Shown here piece by piece: positions 23,054 through 35,167 of a stretch of 64,000 nt of DNA; within the stretch, counting starts at the first letter, position 1, and every line of letters starts with the position of its first letter. Made by a program: the position numbers and the translations under genes. The notes under the pieces were generated by a model. The model was not told where the DNA came from and did no database searches. It was given only the letters and a program-made list of their open reading frames with translations. Location: NCBI GenBank assembly GCA_051294905.1, contig CM119382.1, positions 25,916,001 to 25,980,000 on the forward strand. Reading direction: 5' to 3'. This DNA comes from Botryllus schlosseri (lineage: Eukaryota).

Positions 23054-24434
23054 TGTAACAGTGTTGTAGTAAGTTCTTTATTCTTCAAGCTATCAGATCG
23101 CAGCACAGGCGCATGGAAATATGACCAGTAAATACAGCACGTGCACCTCGCACGGCGTACATCCAAGAGAGTGAACGCATCAATAACAACACGCTTCGTC
23201 AATATGCATGACGTCATCACTAGCCACAGATGGCGCCCCGTTACATATACCCCCCTCCAATTTTTAGAGGTAACATGAGGAACATTTACCTCTAAACTAA
23301 AACCAATAACACATCAAATGGAAAACCGAATCAAAGGCAAAAGACACATACAACGTCATGAAGACTATAGGCCAAACAAATAGCTCGCAACGAATAAGAA
23401 CATGAAATTTTAAACAATCTTGTCGATCATCATCAGGTCTGTCGATCCATCCACCCAGTTATGCGAAGCAAGGTCCTCAATTTCTTCACCGCACCATTTG
23501 ATAACGTCTTGTACAGTAATGGAATTCAACTTGCTGACATCAGTACGAACACGGTACGTTTCACCTTCCGTCGGCAACAGAACAAACGGAGCATTATACT
23601 CATTCCAGATTTTCTCGACAACAGCCAACTCTTTCAAGTCCAAGCCCGGGTCAACTTCAATACTATCACACGCCACGACAGACCCACAATTCTCAAGGTG
23701 CGCTAAGGAACCATCCCTCTCAGCTGCCACCTCGGGCTGCATCACAGGCTCACAATCCTCAAGTTGTGCTAAGGAATCATCCCTCTTAGCAGACACATCA
23801 GGCTCCATCACAGGCCTACAGTAATCATGATGCGCTAAGGAATCATCCGTCTTAGCAGACACCATTACAGAGCCACAATCCTCAAGATGTGCTAAGGAAC
23901 CATCCAACTTAGCAGACACCTCGGACAACATAGGATCAGCCAGACCAGGCAAAACAAGTGCACCAACATTTTCATGCTTTCTCGGAACAATTACCGACGA
24001 TTCAACCTCGTTACAGGGTTTAACAAACCGCAATGGATGCGCAGGCGTACCTCCAAAACTTTGCACAATACTCAATACTTGATCGAGAATACTCTTCTGG
24101 GCCTCAACCATGTCGTCAATCCGGCGATGAGCCCGCTTGATCTCTGTACGAATATATTCATGATCCTTACGCAACAAATCCATGACACTTTGTTACCGCT
24201 CACTGACTCTTGAAAGGCTTGAAGACTGGAGTGCTCGCCATTTGTAACAGTGTTGTAGTAAGTTCTTTATTCTTCAAGCTATCAGATCGCAGCACAGGCG
24301 CATGGAAATATGACCAGTAAATACAGCACGTGCACCTCGCACGGCGTACATCCAAGAGAGTGAACGCATCAATAACAACACGCTTCGTCAATATGCATGA
24401 CGTCATCACTAGCCACAGATGGCGCCCCGTTACA
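23054..24434 (-). mobile_element. Miniature LTR retroelement (TRIM-like) with one ORF
   Basis: Identical 192-bp LTRs (23054-23245, 24243-24434) with TGTAAC...GTTACA ends. 4-bp TSD CTAT. On the minus strand: PBS TGGCGAGCACTCCAG and PPT GGAGGGGGG. Confidence 0.95.
23410..24183 (-). CDS. 257-aa protein of unknown function: coiled-coil-like N-terminus and four internal repeats
   Basis: Uninterrupted ORF filling 774 of 997 internal bases. Repeats of VSAKxDxSLAHxxxC are spaced 66, 66 and 57 bp, all preserving frame. Confidence 0.7.
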   Translation of the reverse strand: MDLLRKDHEYIRTEIKRAHRRIDDMVEAQKSILDQVLSIVQSFGGTPAHPLRFVKPCNEVESSVIVPRKHENVGALVLPGLADPMLSEVSAKLDGSLAHLEDCGSVMVSAKTDDSLAHHDYCRPVMEPDVSAKRDDSLAQLEDCEPVMQPEVAAERDGSLAHLENCGSVVACDSIEVDPGLDLKELAVVEKIWNEYNAPFVLLPTEGETYRVRTDVSKLNSITVQDVIKWCGEEIEDLASHNWVDGSTDLMMIDKIV

Positions 24435-25742
24435 CTATTAGCCCTATCGCTGCCTGGATCATTGTTGCTTTCCGGTATATATACTGACATTACTGACCCT
24501 TATGTTGTGGGACATCATAATGTGACAATATATTTCATTATAGTTTTAGTTATAATAAAATCCTCCACGAGCATACATATACAAGATACCGGTCAAATAC
24601 AGACAGACAGCCATTTAAAATGCATAAAACGACATATTGATTTCAGTCGAGATACAGAGAGATCTTCTTTCCAAGACAGGTATAATACAACTATTCCTGC
24701 TCTTGAATTGAAATGCAGACAAAATCTGGTTTATCAAACAAGTCTGTGCCTCGGCGGGAAGAATAGGACCAAGCAACGCGGAGCTACAATCTGCAGCCTA
24801 AACTCACTGTGTGGCACGCTAACCTCATTCAGAGGCCACTTGTGAATGATTTCTCCATAGTTTAGGCTTGGCGTAGTCTCTGATATCTGGCTAATTCCAC
24901 TGGCGTCATATTCGTGTGATGTACTGTCAGCCAGATATCTTTAGCAATGATAATCGGCTGATCATGGCCATTGTCGCTGCACGTTGAACCAATGCTTAGA
25001 GGACGATATTTTATATACTGCTGCCTTCGCCAACGCTGCATTCTTTTCAATTCACCATCAGACTTGTACACTTATATTCGGGCATATAGCAATCAATTCG
25101 TGGCTTCAGTCTCAATCGTAAAATAAAGGCTAAATATAGCAACAAAACAACTCGAAGATTACCTGAAATGAGTATCACAAATTTTAATCAGAAATTATTA
25201 CAAAATATAGTATTTGGCTGAACAGTTGAAACGCCAACCGTTGTACCGAACATCCATGATTGTAAATTCAGTCACATTCATTGCAGACAGAAAATAAACG
25301 GGGTGATCATATACCATTGTCCTTGTTAATGACACATTCAGTCCTTCACAGAACTGTTACAACTCGACGGCGAGTTGGACTGGAGCAATCGCTGCGAGTA
25401 ATGACTGACTGAGTATAATTAACTGGCTAATAAGTCCGGACACAGTAAGTTTCCCCTTGTGTGTATTGCAGAATGTCGATCAAGCAACCCAGACTATATC
25501 ATACCGTTAAAAAATACGCTGGCATATACTCTAAATGTGAAATTACATTAATTAGAGTCAGATTCAGAGCGGCGGAAGCCCTGTTTACAGCACGACCGTT
25601 TTCGGAGAGAATGATTTGTGATCCAGTTTCTTCTCGCGTGCGGCGAGGTGACTCGAGCGTAACCAACCATTGATACGGACAAAAATCCACCGTGACAACC
25701 ATGATTCGTTAATGTACATTGCGCATGAATGTACTGATAAAA

Positions 25743-27228
25743 TAGGGTTGTCATACGTCCGGAATTTCCCGGACATGTCCGGAATTTCACTGAAAAATCT
25801 GCGTCCGGGAGGAATTTCTAAAATATGCCTAAATGTCCGGAATTTTGAAGGCTCAACATAAACAATATTATTTTTAAGCAGATTTATGCTATTCAAAATT
25901 CTTTCTTCGCGCAGCGCGCGAGTTAATGTAACATATATTGATATTAGTATGGACACCAGGCACCACCCTCCCAAATTAGCAATGAAAATAAATATAAATA
26001 ACCATCATATACTGAAATAAGTCTGATTGTAATCGCAATTATAAGCTAACAGTAAATTACTAGAGTTGGTTACAAGGCCGATTGGATGCTTCAGTCACAG
26101 ACAGTGGTTCCGAATCTTGAGGTCGTTTTCCTTTATCTGGAGATCGCGATGATGTTGGACGTATAATCAACTTTCTATGCCGTAACTTTGGGCAAGCTGA
26201 TTTTTTTAGTAATCAGCTTATCAAGTTTGGAGCTGGGCCACGGAACATTTTGAAGTTGGAAATGAGGTCGCGACCATAAAAAGTTGGAAATCACCGGATG
26301 TGCAACCTGCTAGTGCATTTTATAGTAGCCTAATATATGGAATAATCAATAATATTGATAGAAGCCATTCAAAAAATTTAGCAGCAAAATGCATATTGTA
26401 AGAGCCCAAGAAGTTACATCGACTACCGTATGTGGGGCCCAAGATCAGTGTTCTTTTTACGGCGTAAGGGGGCAGAAAAAATATTGTTTCGGACCTGATT
26501 AAAACACATACCCAGATAGCGGCACCGACCTAACAGTATAGCAGGGCTGCCAAACACAATCCCGAAAGGCCAGACGCGGCCCGCCAGACGATTTCATCCG
26601 AACCGTGGAGAAATCTATTGCAGACCCTAGCCAGTAGCAATCACCAGAGCCCGCATTACAGATGGCCCAATTCATGACAAATGTTCCTCTCCATTCCTGT
26701 ATACCAAGTACCATTTCGAGTTTTTATGCAGTGCTCGCGTACCACCTACATAAGATAAGCGCGCCGAATGTGGTAAAAATGTTTCCACCGTGTTGAGGTG
26801 CATTTTAAGGCGCAGTAGATGATTTCTGTAGTGGATCCATTTCAAATTATTGTGGTCAAATATACTAAAACGGAATTTGGTTAGGTAAGAAACCCAATGC
26901 TATACGACTAGATCTCTTCGCCGTAGGCCGTCACTTGCGCGATAGCCCCTACCAACGACGACGACCTTACCACGACGACGGCGGCCTCGAAAACTCAAAA
27001 TCAACCCGACTTTAACCAATAACTCCCTTCGGTCGGAAAAAAACAGAATCTACTCGCGTACCACCTCGAAGACCTTCGCGTAACATTAGCACTGCTGTAT
27101 ACAGTCGATGGCCAATGCTTTGCTAGTGTGACGTCATATTGACAGACAATATGTCACCTCATTTTCAAATCCGCTAGTGGGCGCTAAAGAGTGTCCGGAA
27201 TTTGCTTCACAAGAATATGGTAACCCTA
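25743..27228. mobile_element. hAT-type non-autonomous element with TCCGGA arrays
   Basis: TIR TAGGGTTGTCATA...TATGGTAACCCTA. TSD TGATAAAA/TAATAAAA (7/8). Confidence 0.8.
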
Positions 27229-28560
27229 TAATAAAATGATGTCAAAGCCGGAACCACAACACGCGAACATCCGGTAAAGCATCGGTCACATTTGCGTAAA
27301 ATCGTACGGCGTATAGGGCATTTAAAGCATTTCTTTAGTTTCTTTCCTTTCTCTGCTCTTCTCTCGTTTGCTCGGCGCGTAAAGAGCCTCTTTTCTCTCG
27401 TTTTCTTACGCGGACATTACGCGGACCTTACGCGGAGAGAGCGATTCGTACGCGCGTACTCTTGACTTGACGAGTTCATTTGTGAGAATTCACACTCGCA
27501 AGGGGCCGGTCACAAGCTTGACGTTCAGCTCATTTACGAAATTCATACTCGCAAGGGGTCGCCGATTTTATAGTATTTATACTGTTGCTACGCGGGAAAA
27601 TAACTAATGAACTGCGATCGAGTTCATTTGTGATGAATCAGATTCGCAAGGATCATCTGCGCCTGGCACTGGCAGGTTTGTTTTAGGAATACCGGTGTTG
27701 TCTTGTTTCAACTGTTTACGTTTATGAGTTGAGAAGCCATGTATCGCTGTACTATAGATAACTAACCAATCTACAAATGATGTATAGGGGCTAGAACAGT
27801 TGAGACTAAAGGCCAAAGTTATGTAGCATTTTCTGCTAAGACTAGAGTGGATACTCTTGTCGCCATTGTGTGTTTTACTATGTTATCTTTTAGGTACAAG
27901 CAATGGATGCGGCAGCAAGAAGCAATTGTCTGGATGTTGGGAAATGGTCATAATAATGGCTGGGAGATCTTTCATTTTAACCGGGTTTAAACTTTGGTCT
28001 CCCCCGGTGTTTCTCGAGAGAAACACCAACTCCTACAACCAGTTGTGCCCCGGTTTGCACTTGCACATATTGGGTATCCGACAATTGCATTAATAAATGA
28101 ATGGCAACAATTCTTGTTCTTCGTCTTGCTATACCTCCGCTAGCATTTTAAGTCATAGCCACATGAAAAGAGAGTTGACAAGATTTCCACAATCTTAATG
28201 ATTTATTACTAAAATGTACTGCAGTGAAACTTCAACAATAAAATGTTGCCTCAGAATATGTAGTCGCATCTCTGGCTATGAGATTCCCAGATCTAAGCCT
28301 CAGCATTCCTGACAATCATCATCATGGGCAAAGCACTTGAATATTATCAGCAATTGACCATAGAACTGCACAGATGGTTATGACAATACACATGACCAGT
28401 GACCATAGGCGGTCTGAAAAGAAGCACTACTGCCTAAGCAAGTAGTATGGGTTTAGAACTACTTCTAGAACAGTTTAGGCAAGATTGCTAAGTAAGGCTC
28501 CACTGTTTTTCAATTCATCGCTTTGAGTTGATGTAGTTTAGACAATCCATGGTAATCCCT

Positions 28561-28840
28561 AGTCCAACTTGAAGAGTAAAATTTCATGTAACATCAATCA
28601 GTACTATCGCATGTATATATATATAAATATAAATGATAAATATATATTATACTAATATATAAATATATGTGAGAGGATATATATAAATAAGAAAACGGAA
28701 TAGTCCAACTTGAGAGTAAAATTTCATGTAACATCAATCAGTACTATCGCATGTGTATATATATAAATATAAATGATAAATATATATTATACTAATGTAA
28801 ATATATGTGAGAGGATATATATACATAAGAAAACGGAATT
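28561..28840. repeat. About 141-bp AT-rich tandem duplication
   Basis: AGTCCAACTTGA(A)GAGTAAAATTTCATG begins at 28561 and 28702. Confidence 0.85.
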
Positions 28841-28904
28841 AATACTGAATAATAGTTAAAACGTGTAAATATATAATACATGGAGAGAAGGAGGGAAAAT
28901 GAAC

Positions 28905-30207
28905 TCAATGCCTGGGTACGTAAGCACCCCGCTGGCTATTGAAATACCCAACAAAATCATTTCTAATCTTCCTAGCCTCCTCCGTGTAACGTCTTCCTGT
29001 TCTTGTAAGAGACTGCCAATGCGGTCCGGGTTGCTCTGGAGGTCCCTCGCCTTCATCTGCCGCAAATTCAAGGTGATGTTGATCACCTGAAAGATAATTA
29101 TGCAGGACAGTACATGCTTTGACTACATGGTCAGTATTTGCAGGAGTGATTGCCAACGGCCTGCGAAACATTCTAAACCGGGAGGACAAAATACCAAATG
29201 CATTTTCCACAACATTCCTTGCTCGCGACAGTCTGAAATTAAAATGTCTCCGCTCTGGGCAATTCAATGAGGTACCTGGAAAAGGTCGCATGATATGCCT
29301 CTGCAATGGGAATGCTTCATCTGCGACAAAAACATGAGGACTTGGACTTACACACCCAGGCAAAGGAGCATCTGATGGCAGATCTAATTGGCCAGAGGAC
29401 AAACGTTTTCCGAAATTGGAGTTGCTGAAGCACTTACTATCATTGACCCTTCCATATTGACCTATATCAACAGCAATAAATCTTCTCTGAGCATCAACAA
29501 CTGCCATCAGAACTATACTAAAAGTCTTCTTATAATTAAAATACAGTGACCCAGACTTTGCAGGTTTCTGAAGGACCACATGCTTACCATCAATACTGCC
29601 AATACAATTAGGAAAGTTCCACTTATCTCTGAATTGTGATGCACTCTCTATCCACTGTTCTTGTGTGGGTTCTGGCATGTACTCCGCTGCTAAAGCCTGC
29701 CAGATAGCCACACAAGTCTCCCTGATCAAGTTGACCACTGTTGACTTGCCGCACCGATACGAGAAAGCGATTGTTTGGAATGAATCGCCAGTAGCCATGA
29801 ACCTAAAACAGCAATCGATTCAGATTTTATGTACAGGGCCAGTTCACCACGACTGTAAATTGATTTGAACAAGGTGTATTATAATGTTGGTGTGGATGTG
29901 TCATTTACCTTAGAGTGATTGCCAGTCGTTCATTTGGAGGAATCGGTTTCCTCATCGCTGTCGTCTGCTTCGAAATGAGAGGTCCAACAATCGACAGCAG
30001 CTCGTCGAACTTCTCGGGCGTCATGCGAAAATATGTAAAGAAGTCAGCAGGTCTTTCATATCTCATTTCCTGCGTAAGCCTATACTCTCCCAGCTGATCT
30101 CTTCTCTGAAGAATGGGGTGAACCCAGCATTCACGTCTTTTCTTCTGTTTCTTTTTCCTCCTTTCATCCTTCTTCAACGCCAAATAAAGCAAACCCAGCA
30201 GGTCCAT
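28905..30207 (-). CDS. Harbinger DDE transposase, two exons, about 398 aa, apparently intact
   Basis: Exon 1 30207-29909; intron 29908-29803 (GTAAAT...TTTTAG); exon 2 29802-28905. The junction reads LAITLR-FMATGDSF. Catalytic IDGKH, VADEAF and VVENAFG are present. Confidence 0.9.
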
Positions 30208-33200
30208 TTGGCTGCTTACCCCAGCCAAATCACCCTGCCTTCGAACAATACTCATCCTTTTCAGCGAATGTTGCTTTCCCACTACAGAATACTATGTCCA
30301 GTGCAAATCGCAAACGCCGAGAACAACGATTGCTTTAGTTTTCGCGCGAAAGTGGCTTTGGCCTCCAGAGCGACAACTTGCGGAACAGCGCTAACATCTA
30401 TTCTCACTTTTCGTTCAGCGATGACGTAATCTCTCGTTTTGGCCAATTTAGTGAGAGAGTGAGACTCGTACGCGCGTACGATTTTACGCAAATGTGACTG
30501 AGGCTTCAGGGGTACCGACACTCTTCTGCGGTTTAGCATTAAAATATCAACGGACCGGTAGTACGCATTACGTTCAGACTTCAGAGCACTAAAAACTTGA
30601 CCAAGTACCACGCTGTTCGCTGCCGCCAATGTGACATTTGAGGCCACGGGAAACTATATATATTTGTATCAAGTCCTATTTCAAAAGCCTAACGCAAACA
30701 TGCAGTTAATGTGACTGAAATGCTATTCGAAACACCATTTGACCATCAATACACATCTAAGCAAGTATGTAGAAAATTTCAATAATAGCCCGAAATATCT
30801 CTTGCTCAACTTATCTCAACAAAGAACTTCGTTCATATTTCCTTCCATAGCTATAATCTCGGAAATACAATTCGCCGGTATGTACGGAATATAATTCAAA
30901 CTCAGTGTGCAGCGGTAAACAAGTAAACAACATCCGATTACTTAGGACATCACAATCACTCCACGCTCAAGTGCTCACGAACCAGGCAAAGCTAGGCAGA
31001 AGAATCGCTACGGTGAAGCCCCGTGATAATCAAGCGCATTTAAATTGGTTAATAACGCTGACACCAATCTTTCTGATCGACCGATGGAAAGGAGAACAAT
31101 TGATATTCTGAAATCGAGAGCGATCAGTTTTTGTACATCAAAGGTGCCGCCTCGCTGTAGTGTCAAAACGGTTGAGTTCTCTTCTCTCCTGCACTTTCTT
31201 CGCCTAGTTCGGCATTGAATGCACACACGTTTGTTGACTGGGTTTGCACTCAGTACCGTACCGCGGCGACAGTATCGGACAGTCAGCAAGAACCATGATG
31301 AAGAAAGTCGCCTGTGCTGGTGTCTGGAGTCAATATAGCAGAGTTGGAAAGACGCTTTTATCAACCTCGATTTAAACAAGATTGTACAATTATGCATTTA
31401 TTAGTGAGTTTTATACTCAAATAAATGATTAAGCTGTATATAAAGCAACGAAAGACTTAACCGAAACTTGCACTTGTCACTACCTGCACTTGTCACTACC
31501 TTCAACTCCAGCGAGTTGACACAAAAGTCCGTCGAAGTGCACCGTCAAGTTGGTGTTTCTGCCCCCTGGTGGTGATATCGCTCACGTTGTGCACCACTGG
31601 TCTAGATTGTGAAGCGGCGACCTTCCAGAAAGTAGCGGAATTTTCTTGTGATCAGATGAAGCGTCAATAGTGAGGCGGTTTAGCCCAGATATTCAAAAGG
31701 ATTGTGCATTTTGTGATACAAGCACCAAATTTGGCACACATGTTTATTAACATGTTGCGAACATTTTCAGATATTGAGCCACTCGGAATTCTCTCCTTAT
31801 GTCCGCCAGATTGGATTTCCAAATGGTCGCCATTTGAAATCTACATTTGCGATTATGTCTGGGTCAAATGCTACTATTGACTTTATTTTGGTATCTAAAT
31901 GTATGTTTTTTGGATCAAGGAATCCAATGGTAACAATCTGCAATGCGTATTTTTACCAATGTGCCGCCATATTGGATTTGAAAATGGCGGCTTCACATTA
32001 CATGGCCACTTATCGATCTACATTTGTCGTTATTATAGTCTAATGACTCAATTCTGGTGGTGGTGGTGGTGGTAGAGTAGTTGTTGTAGTGGTAGCTGTA
32101 GTGCAGTGACGATAACAGAAATGTTACTTTGTGTCATTCCGGGTTCATAGTGATGCATGCATGTCTGTAAACTGACGGTGCTAGCTGATATTAATCTGAA
32201 GACAGTTCTACTATGCCCAAGAGGTTCAGACTAGCTCCTTCTGAGGGAACTTCACCATCAACATCACCGCACCTCACCTCAACTGACTGGAGTTTATTCC
32301 TCATATGTCAGAAGGACAAGGCGGAGACACTGACCAAAGCCGACCCGACCAATCAAAGAGAAAAGACATTGGTAATGGGTGCAGTTCACTCGCAGAGAAC
32401 TTGATCAAATTCAGTGAACTTGGAGAGCTTCCAGGATCATTTCAGTTGGAACGACTCGATGATTGTCATGGCATTGAAGCTGCGATGGTTGCACACGGTG
32501 CACAATATCACCACACGTGCAGGCTCCAGTACAACAACACCAAACTGCAGAGGGCACAAAAAAGAGCACTCAGGAAAGAAGGTCAAAGCGACGAGGAACA
32601 ATCTGTATGCAAACGTACCAGGGGATATTCTCGTTTATCGGTTACAGAAAAGGTCCCAGAAGCTTATTTCTTCTGTGCACAACCTGCTAAGGCTAACAGT
32701 CTTCGAAAAACAGCCACCGTATGCTAGAGTCATCTGCCCCACGTCGCTGCTTCCACTCTTCCTGGAAAGTGCCCACACTGTGGCCATGATCCGGCATTCA
32801 ATGGACATTGTGAAGAAAGCTGTAGAACACCTGAATCCTGGACAGACACCAGTGGTCACCTTGGATCAGCCACTGTTTGCTTTGGCTAAGCAGATACAGT
32901 GGAAGTGGCCAGAGAGTTATGGTGAAGACCACATGCTGGTGATGTTTGGTGGTCTCCACATTGAGATGACGGCACTGAAAACACTGGGGAACTGGCTGCA
33001 AGGGAGTGGTTGGGTGCAAGCACTTGTGCAAGGTGAGATAGGGACAGCAGACTCATTCATGCGAGCATCGCATGTGTTGCGCACAAGAAGAGCACATCAA
33101 GTAACTGCAACAGCACTGTACATCCTGCAACACCATGCCAACAACCACTACTGTCTGGGAGAAACCAGGGATGCAGAGGACCTTCCCGCGTTTGAAGACT

Positions 33201-33900
33201 GGTGTCGCGAGAGACGAGGCAACATCCCCCAGTTTCGCTACTGGGCAACTGTGCTGGAAACAGAACTGTTGGTTCTAGTGTATGTGCGTTCTCTCAGGCA
33301 GGGATCGTTGACGATGTACCTTGATGCTCTGACAGAGCTAGTCATCTGGTTCCACTCACTAGATCATACCCACTATGCTAGGTGGATACCAGTGCACCGG
33401 AAGGACATGGCCGAACTCACTACCAAACACCCAGACGTAGCCAGGAAATTCAGTGAAGGCCATTTCACAGTTCAGAAAACACAGATACTGTTCTCTTCAA
33501 TCCCGATTGACCAGACACATGAGCAAAATAATGCCTGCATAAAGGAGACGGTGACGCAGTTGGGCTCACTAACAACTCTAGTGTCCTTCGTCGCTGGATG
33601 GTTGCGGGACCAGAAGTTGCTAGGGTGATAGAAGAATTCCAGGACGGGAACCAATGCTGGAGACGGCAAACAGCAGACACACGTCATCACGATCAGACGC
33701 CAAGTGCACAGGCCTCATTTGTGAAAGATGTTCGCTCTCTCGTCGGTGTCATAGAGGAGATGGGCAACCCATTCGAGGAGGTGAGTCAGGATCTAGTCGT
33801 ACTGGACACAAAGGACATCGCAGGTCCTGCTGCCGTGGAGACCGTGATGAATGCCAAGAGGATTGGCCAAGAGCAGTTCGAGGCTTTCAACAGAGAGTGT

Positions 33901-34176
33901 TTGTTTGTTTTTTGGGGTATTCATGGTGTTTCTCGACTACTATGGTCATTTACACCAGGCCGATATTCTTATTGTTTTCCGTAACTGCCGACTTATAGCA
34001 CGACCCACCTCTAGGCTTTTGTTAGACACAGCTGACGCGGATGAGGTGGCGAGGAGGAGCCTAGGTAAACCTCCAACACTTAGGTATCGGAATTCGGAAG
34101 TCGACCTCGGTCGGACTCGAACCCGCACCCATTGGTGTTGCAGCCGCGGATTATACCACTGCGCTATCTCGCCACG
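33901..34176 (-). mobile_element. tRNA-derived SINE
   Basis: 13-bp TSD CAACAGAGAGTGT at 33888-33900 and 34177-34189. A box TAGCGCAGTGG, B box GGTTCGAGTCC, (AAAC)n-like tail. Confidence 0.9.
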
Positions 34177-35167
34177 CAACAGAGAGTGTCTGTTGGACAG
34201 AACAAAGGCAGTGGACGACCCCATTCCTCGTAACAAGCTGAAGGTGTTCAACACTTCAACTCCAAGAAACCAGAGCAAAGGTCAGCAACAGCTCACCTCT
34301 GTCAAGAATGACCGTGAACTCTTCGCACGCCTGTACATTAGCTGCCAGACGAGGGATGGAGACCTTGAGGAGTTCTTTCGTCACGAGAACCAGGCATGTC
34401 CTCCTGCACTGTCTGCCGGTGGAAACCTCTTCACTGGTACCAAGAATGATCTCATTACTTGCTTGGAAGAAGTCTCCGACCCCAAGACAGAGACTCCTGT
34501 CACTACCTGTATAGTGCTTGATGGAGCGGCCATAGTCCAGATGCTGAATCCGGCTGCATTAAAGATCTTTGAAGAGTATGCACATCAGATCTTCATCACA
34601 TATATGTCTACGAAGCTGCAAACAGTGTCACGCCTGGATCTGGTCTGGGATACTTACCTTGCTGATTCATTGAAAGGTAGTACACGTGCAAACCGGGGAC
34701 AAGGTGTGCGGAGACGTGTGGTGGCCGCCGCATCCACACCAGGAAACTGGCAAAATTTCCTACGAGTGGACAGCAACAAGACCGAGCTGTTCAAGTTCCT
34801 GTCAGCAGCTCTCGTGGAATGGTTTGAACAGGAAGACAAGCAACTGGTCATTACTGATGGAGAGTCAGTGGTCAGCAAGCCACTACTACCAGATCTGACC
34901 TCACTGGCCCCTTGCAACCATGAAGAGGCTGACAGTCGGATGTTGCTGCATGCAGCCAAGCATGGACACCACTCAATAGTCATCCGGACTGTAGACACCG
35001 ATGTTGTGGTACTGGAAGTGATCGTGGTACAGGAGTTGCAACCAGAAGAAGAACTGTGGCTGGCATTAGGAGCAGGTCAAAGATTCCGATACCTAGCAGC
35101 ACACGAAATTGCAGCTGGACTGGGACCAGAAAAGGCTCGTGCACTGCCAATGTTCCACGCTCTAACT

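Larger units (their letters stand above)
27278..30505 (-). mobile_element. PIF/Harbinger DNA transposon
   Basis: About 30-bp TIRs, AGCATCGGTCACATTTGCGTAAAATCGTACG and CGTACGATTTTACGCAAATGTGACTGAGGCT. Flanks TAA/TCA (3-bp TSD, one mismatch). Confidence 0.85.

Noticed and set aside
23420-23824. 134-aa plus-strand ORF and similar antisense ORFs over gag-pol and transposases
   Set aside because: Shadow ORFs of real coding strands with no independent motifs.
22330-25080. Possible DUF4806-like exon fragments around the mini-LTR element
   Set aside because: Only faint resemblance; frames are broken and cannot be joined confidently.
31559-31572. CTCF-like motif (reverse complement CCACCAGGGGGCAG); weaker ones near 1995 and 27173
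   Set aside because: Single short matches inside transposon ends; expected by chance and no functional evidence.
34095-34176. tRNA-like sequences here and at 46512-46590
   Set aside because: They are SINE heads with TSDs and tails and lack a complete acceptor stem, so not tRNA genes.
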